Source: an uncultured Clostridia bacterium (GTDB lineage Bacteria; Bacillota; Clostridia; Christensenellales; Christensenellaceae). Taken from it: a stretch of 64,000 nucleotides of DNA. Under the pieces are notes generated by a model. It saw only the letters and a list, made by a program, of their open reading frames with translations, did no database searches and was not told where the DNA came from. Shown piece after piece: positions 59,915-64,000 of this stretch. Both the position numbers and the translations under genes were made by a program. Within the stretch, counting starts at the first letter, position 1. The number at the start of each line of letters is the position of its first letter. Location of the stretch: assembly GCA_944347775.1 (NCBI GenBank), contig CALVMT010000071.1, forward strand, positions 1,773-65,772, given 5' to 3'.

Positions 59915-60958
59915 ATGATTAATTTGCAATGTGATTATCTTGAAGGGTGTCATCCTTTTATTTTACAAAAGATGGAAGAAGCGAATTTGAACAAGACTCC
60001 TGGATATGGAAAAGATGAGTATTGCCGAAGTGCGGCAGAAAAAATTAGACAGGCATGTCGATGCCCTCATGCAGATATTCATTTCTTGGTGGGAGGGACG
60101 CAGGCCAATTTGATTGTCATTACATCCTTATTGCGGCCGTATCAGGGAGTATTATGTGCAGATGAGGGCCATATTGCCTGCCATGAAGCAGGGGCTATTG
60201 AAGCAACAGGGCATAAAGTTATTTGCTTGCCTTCCGAAAATGGAAAGATTACTGCAGCACAAGTAGAAGAGATTTGTCAGATGCATTTTGAAAGTCCTAT
60301 ACAGGAACATATGGTCCAACCGGGTATGGTATATATCTCATTTCCAACTGAATGTGGGTCATTATATCATAAAGAAGAACTTACCAAGCTTTCTCAGGTG
60401 TGTAAAAAATATTGTTTACCTTTATATATTGATGGAGCACGTATGGGATATGGCTTAACAAGCAGGAAAAACGATCTCTCTTTAGCAGATATTGCATGCT
60501 TAAGTGATATATTCTATATTGGAGGGACAAAGTGCGGAGCTCTGTTTGGCGAGGCAGTAGTAATTGTGAATCCGGATTATCAGAAGGATTTTCGATATTT
60601 AATAAAACAACGCGGTGCAATGCTTGCTAAAGGCAGAATACTTGGAATTCAATTTGAGACTCTTTTTACAAATGGTTTGTATTTTTCGATTTGTAAAAAA
60701 GCAGTGGAACAGGCGGAGATATTGCGTGCCGCTTTTTTGAGAAAAGGAATTCAGATGTATGGAGAATCTTCGACAAATCAACAATTTCCGATTTTAACCA
60801 AGAAGCAGGCGGATTATTTTGCGAAAAAATATATTTATGAAACGTGGAGGCCGTTTGACCAAACGCATACGATTTATCGTTTTTGTACAAGCTGGGCAAC
60901 AGAGCAACAAGAGATTTTGATGTTATTAGAAGATATTGAAAATATGCCACTTGAATAA
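59915..60958 (+). CDS. threonine aldolase / beta-eliminating lyase family PLP enzyme
   Basis: Y..D........A......C......F...GTQANL, DGAR and the GGTK PLP-lysine motif, about 347 aa. ATG at 59915 is 10 nt after AGAAGAGG. The track uses GTG at 59906. Confidence 0.8.
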   Translation: MINLQCDYLEGCHPFILQKMEEANLNKTPGYGKDEYCRSAAEKIRQACRCPHADIHFLVGGTQANLIVITSLLRPYQGVLCADEGHIACHEAGAIEATGHKVICLPSENGKITAAQVEEICQMHFESPIQEHMVQPGMVYISFPTECGSLYHKEELTKLSQVCKKYCLPLYIDGARMGYGLTSRKNDLSLADIACLSDIFYIGGTKCGALFGEAVVIVNPDYQKDFRYLIKQRGAMLAKGRILGIQFETLFTNGLYFSICKKAVEQAEILRAAFLRKGIQMYGESSTNQQFPILTKKQADYFAKKYIYETWRPFDQTHTIYRFCTSWATEQQEILMLLEDIENMPLE

Positions 60959-61042
60959 AAACAGGGAGATACGCAGGTTTAAAGTAAGTTTTTATCTTAA
61001 ACGGTGGGAATATGACAAAAATAGAAAGATAGATAAAAAAGC

Positions 61043-61070
61043 AAAAGCGTCTGCATAAACAGGCGCTTTT
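61043..61070. terminator. bidirectional hairpin terminator between convergent genes
   Basis: AAAAGCGTCTG-CATAAA-CAGGCGCTTTT has an 8 bp core with one G-U pair. It is flanked by an A-run and a T-run, so it could serve both strands. Confidence 0.75.
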
Positions 61071-61096
61071 CGGATAATCAGGTTGGATTAAAAGCC

Positions 61097-61480
61097 TTAT
61101 CTTGTATAGAGCAGGCTTGCATCCTCATCATTATAGAGGTACCAGAAATGTCCTTTTGTAGGCTCTGGATGACCGTCTTCAGGCGGCAAATTTGTTCCGT
61201 CAAAAGTCATATCGCATTTATCCGTTTTTTTCAAATAGAGGATATGATGTTGGAATACACCTTCACGATCCTTATACCATTCTTCCCATGGATATCCTGC
61301 TTCCAGCATATCGAGGGGAGGAACTGCATGGACAATGAAACCACCATTAAACCAGGTGTATTTTGCATATTGCGCATCTGTTTCTTCAGTAAGTTTACCA
61401 ATAACATTTTCTGCGCCAAAGCCCATTTTGTCAAAACTATCCAACACGCCGTTTTTTTGGAGCATTTCTTTAAGTTTCAT
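61097..61480 (-). CDS. hypothetical protein (127 aa), family not recognised
   Basis: The only convincing minus-strand ORF in the window. AGGAGGGT lies 12 nt upstream of the ATG. It has its own TTGACA-17-TATCAT promoter and a downstream terminator. The composition is protein-like and Trp/Tyr-rich (YPWEEWYKDREG, GHFWYLYNDED). Confidence 0.6.
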   Translation of the reverse strand: MKLKEMLQKNGVLDSFDKMGFGAENVIGKLTEETDAQYAKYTWFNGGFIVHAVPPLDMLEAGYPWEEWYKDREGVFQHHILYLKKTDKCDMTFDGTNLPPEDGHPEPTKGHFWYLYNDEDASLLYTR

Positions 61481-61560
61481 ATTGTTATAGACCCTCCTAA
61501 TATTTTTACGAGAAGAACAAGCTTCCCCAAGGCAAGTAATATATAAACATTACTATTTTA

Positions 61561-61589
61561 ATGATAACTTTTGACGATACATTTGTCAA
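61561..61589 (-). promoter_or_regulatory. sigma-A type promoter for the minus-strand 127 aa gene
   Basis: On the minus strand: TTGACA (61589-61584), 17 nt spacer, TATCAT (61566-61561). The -35 is part of the inverted repeat TTGAC-N9-GTCAA (61571-61589). Confidence 0.5.
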
Positions 61590-61687
61590 GCAATGCACTA
61601 GAAGGCATTAATATAAAAATATTCTTGCCCGAGTGAGAAGCGTAGGATAAAATAAAAACATATAAATTTTGGAAATAGCAGTGGAGG

Positions 61688-61716
61688 TTGACAGCTTTAT
61701 TTTGATATGATAAAAT
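61688..61716 (+). promoter_or_regulatory. sigma-A type promoter (extended -10) for rplU-rpmA
   Basis: TTGACA (61688-61693), 17 nt spacer, TGaTAAAAT (61708-61716). Confidence 0.55.
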
Positions 61717-61801
61717 ATCTAACAGCCGCGCGGAACAGGTGTATAAATTCTTTTGATGAAGGATACCTTTACGGCGAGACTGAAACAGGAGGAGTAAACC
61801 C
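61717..61801 (+). promoter_or_regulatory. rplU 5' leader; possible L21-type ribosomal-protein leader
   Basis: About 80 nt lie between the promoter and the AGGAGG RBS, including the GC-rich CAGCCGCGCGGAACAGG segment. An L21 leader is described upstream of rplU in Bacillota. I could not confirm a match by eye. Confidence 0.3.
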
Positions 61802-62107
61802 ATGTATGCGATCATAAAAACAGGTGGAAAGCAGTATAAAGCTGAGCCCGGAAGATTCATAGATGTGGAAAAGCTGGATGCTGAGATTGGCGCAGAAGTA
61901 AGTTTTGACGCGCTGATGGTTGTAGATGGTGATTCCTGCAAGGTTGGCAGCCCAATTGTAGAAGATGTCAAAGTGGCAGGTAAAGTGATTGATCAGGATA
62001 AAAAGAAAAAAGTCGTCACCTACAAGTATAAGAACAAAGTCAGATACAGAAAGAAACAGGGTCATAGACAGCCTTATACAAGAGTTGAAATTGTATCTAT
62101 TGGCTGA
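61802..62107 (+). CDS. rplU: 50S ribosomal protein L21
   Basis: MYAIIKTGGKQYK...G and KKKKV..YKYK.K...RKKQGHRQPYT.V.I. Confidence 0.96.
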   Translation: MYAIIKTGGKQYKAEPGRFIDVEKLDAEIGAEVSFDALMVVDGDSCKVGSPIVEDVKVAGKVIDQDKKKKVVTYKYKNKVRYRKKQGHRQPYTRVEIVSIG

Positions 62108-62148
62108 ACCCCAAGCGGATTTCCAGTAAAAAGTGAGGTGTAAATACA

Positions 62149-62403
62149 TTGGCACATAAGAAAGGAATGGGAAGCACAAAGAACGGCCGTGATAGTATTT
62201 CCAAACGTCTTGGCGTAAAGAGAGCTGATGGTCAGTTTGTGCTTGCAGGTAATATTTTGGTTCGTCAGAGAGGCACGAAAATTCATCCCGGAGAAAATGT
62301 AGGCATTGGTAGCGATGATACATTATTTGCTAAAGCTGATGGGATTGTGAAGTTTGAGCGCCTTGGCAAAGAGAAAAAGAAAGTCAGCGTTTATATGCAA
62401 TAA
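62149..62403 (+). CDS. rpmA: 50S ribosomal protein L27 (no N-terminal propeptide)
   Basis: (M)[55 protein letters not shown] start 8 nt after GTGAGGTG. An in-frame TGA at 62134-62136 excludes an N-terminal extension. Confidence 0.95.
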   Translation: MAHKKGMGSTKNGRDSISKRLGVKRADGQFVLAGNILVRQRGTKIHPGENVGIGSDDTLFAKADGIVKFERLGKEKKKVSVYMQ

Positions 62404-62409
62404 GAAAGG

Positions 62410-62450
62410 CAACGCCGTTTGTGTGCTCTGTGCACCAGCGGCGTTTTTTT
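62410..62450 (+). terminator. rho-independent terminator after rpmA
   Basis: AACGCCG ... CGGCGTT outer stem with an inner GTGC/GCAC pairing, followed by TTTTTTT. Confidence 0.8.
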
Positions 62451-62464
62451 GTGGAAAAAGAAAG

Positions 62465-63331
62465 ATGATTAATATCCATAATAATGGACAACGGATGCAG
62501 GTGCGTGGAGAACCGATACATGCGCGTTTAATTTTGGAATGTGGCCAGACCTTTCGTTATGAAAAACGGGATGAAGGTTGTTATTTTGGTATTGTCGGCA
62601 ATAGAGGAATTTATGTAGAAGATGTAGAAGAAGGTATTGATATTTATCCTGTATATAACGAGGAACAAAAAAATTTTTGGAACAATTACTTTGATTTACG
62701 GTTAGATTATTTACAACTATTAAGAAAATTGACAGCAAAAGATATCGTTTTAGCTAATGCGGTTAAAGAGTTCTTAGGAATTCGCTTGCTTAATCAGCCG
62801 CTTTTTGAAACGCTAATTTCCTTTATTATTTCGGCAAATAATAATATTATGCGGATTAAGGGAATTATTGAGCGGCTTTGTGCGTTAGCAGGGGAAAAAG
62901 TGGAAATGGGAGGGCAAGAGTTTTACGCGTTTCCACAACCTGAAAATATAGCCTCTCTTAAAGAAGAACAATTGCGTGCGATCGGAGCAGGTTACCGCGC
63001 ACCTTATCTGTTGCAAACGTCACGTATGATCCTTGAAGGATTTGCGTTGGAAGAGCTAAAAAGGCAACCATATGCGGAAGCAAAAGAGAAGCTTTGCCTG
63101 TTAAACGGTGTGGGACCCAAAGTGGCAGATTGCGTTTTGTTATTTTCCTGTGGAAAAAAGGAAGCATTTCCGGTAGATACTTGGATGAAGAAGGTACTTC
63201 TCAGATTATATGGAGTCAGATATGAATCTCAAAGGCAAATAGAAAATTTTGCTCGACAGCATTTTAAAGGGTACGCTGGGATAGCACAGCAGTATCTTTT
63301 CCATTATGCGCGTATGCATAAATTGATATAA
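62465..63331 (+). CDS. ogg: 8-oxoguanine DNA glycosylase / AP lyase (Ogg, HhH-GPD family)
   Basis: N-terminal OGG-type domain (ECGQTFRY), HhH-GPD motif LNGVGPKVADCVLLF and a downstream catalytic D (PVDTW). ATG at 62465 lies after the rpmA terminator. The track start at 62354 overlaps rpmA. Confidence 0.85.
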   Translation: MINIHNNGQRMQVRGEPIHARLILECGQTFRYEKRDEGCYFGIVGNRGIYVEDVEEGIDIYPVYNEEQKNFWNNYFDLRLDYLQLLRKLTAKDIVLANAVKEFLGIRLLNQPLFETLISFIISANNNIMRIKGIIERLCALAGEKVEMGGQEFYAFPQPENIASLKEEQLRAIGAGYRAPYLLQTSRMILEGFALEELKRQPYAEAKEKLCLLNGVGPKVADCVLLFSCGKKEAFPVDTWMKKVLLRLYGVRYESQRQIENFARQHFKGYAGIAQQYLFHYARMHKLI

Positions 63332-63342
63332 GATATGTAGAG

Positions 63343-63371
63343 TTGCGTTTAAAAAGCAGGCATTGTATAAT
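63343..63371 (+). promoter_or_regulatory. sigma-A type promoter for the PHP phosphoesterase gene
   Basis: TTGCGT (63343-63348), 17 nt spacer, TATAAT (63366-63371). Confidence 0.5.
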
Positions 63372-63410
63372 AAAAAGGGTTTTTGCTTTTAGAGAGAAAT
63401 AGGGGGAAAT

Positions 63411-64000
63411 ATGAAATTGATGGTACCAGCAATTGATACACATACACATACGTATTTAAGCGGCCATGCATATTCTACAATTTTTGAGAATATTACGGTG
63501 GCGGCGCAAAAAGGTCTGAAAGGGATTGTCAATACTGATCATAGCCCGGCAATGTCGGACTGTCGGTGGCCGGCAGCAGTACGCTTTTTGAGAAATGTGC
63601 CCAGAGAATTTATGGGTGTGCGTATTTATCATGGTGTAGAGGCGGATATTATTGATTATGACGGAACACTTTCGGTAACAGAAGAGTATTATTCTCTTTT
63701 GGATTTTATGATTGCTTCTTTGCATGAAGTAGTAAAACCGGCAGGGACAAAAATGCAAAATACCCAGGCAATGATTGGCGCACTCAATCATCCTCATGTT
63801 GATATTTTGGGGCATCCTGGAACACCTGCTTTTGAAGTAGATATCGAGGCAGTTGTTAAGGAAGCAGCGAAGTGTAACAAATTGATTGAGATTAATAGTC
63901 ATTCCTTTGAAGTACGTAAGGGATGTGAGCAAAATTGCATACAGTTTGCTAAGTTGTGTAAAAAATATGACGTGAGAATTTCTTTGGCAAGTGATGCACA
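63411..64000 (+). CDS. PHP-domain phosphoesterase, YcdX-like (3' end beyond the window)
   Basis: Absent from the ORF track because no stop is reached. Hand translation gives MKLMVPAIDTHTHTYLSGHAYSTIFENI..AAQKGLKGIVNTDHSPAM...HGVEADI...SLHE...NTQAMIGAL..PHVDILGHPG...INSHSF. It is collinear with my recollection of E. coli YcdX. ATG at 63411 follows AGGGGGA. Confidence 0.85.
   Translation, partial: MKLMVPAIDTHTHTYLSGHAYSTIFENITVAAQKGLKGIVNTDHSPAMSDCRWPAAVRFLRNVPREFMGVRIYHGVEADIIDYDGTLSVTEEYYSLLDFMIASLHEVVKPAGTKMQNTQAMIGALNHPHVDILGHPGTPAFEVDIEAVVKEAAKCNKLIEINSHSFEVRKGCEQNCIQFAKLCKKYDVRISLASDA

Noticed and set aside
1-64000. Scanned for CRISPR arrays, tRNA/rRNA genes, IS elements, integrases, phage genes, toxin-antitoxin pairs and defence islands.
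   Set aside because: I found no direct-repeat/spacer periodicity, no tRNA T-arm (GGTTCGAATCC-like) context, no transposase or integrase-like ORFs and no terminal inverted repeats. Gene content is almost entirely conserved housekeeping in well-known syntenic blocks, so I cannot support a claim of a novel system in this window.

Overview
This window is a densely packed, almost entirely plus-strand block of core housekeeping genes from an endospore-forming, low-GC Bacillota genome. PolC, spoIVA, ylmC and the ireB-ruvX-DUF1292 trio support a Clostridia-like assignment. I support about 60 CDSs.

Gene order:
- pyk (5' truncated by the window edge), ylmC, nrdR, pgeF, a cysteine desulfurase
- ireB-ruvX-DUF1292
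- rpsB-tsf-pyrH-frr-(72 aa ORF)-uppS-cdsA-dxr-rseP-ispG-polC
- a divergent SecD/SecF-like pair, then recJ-rel-dtd-MBL-hemZ-hisS-aspS
- trxA, smc-ftsY, ylxM-ffh-rpsP-KH-rimM-trmD-rplS
- rbgA-rnhB-yraN-comM-dprA-topA-rlmD-like
- an 816 bp ORF-less AT-rich gap
- hslVU, DUF512-der, plsY, spoIVA, pflBA
- a threonine-aldolase-family gene, one lone minus-strand hypothetical, rplU-rpmA, ogg, and a 3'-truncated ycdX-like PHP phosphoesterase

I found no rRNA, tRNA, CRISPR array, transposase, integrase, phage gene or recognisable defence or toxin system. I do not see a clear novel multi-gene system here.

The items most worth a second look:
1. The SecDF-like pair, whose proton-path motifs look degenerate.
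2. The unexplained 816 bp spacer upstream of hslV.
3. A 72 aa ORF that exactly fills the frr-uppS gap but contains a terminator-like hairpin.
4. A 46 aa membrane ORF below the ORF-track length cutoff.
5. An rplU-rpmA operon lacking prp, with an unextended L27.
6. A terminator-like leader in front of pyrH.

All protein calls rest on motif and family recognition by eye plus synteny. No database search was run.
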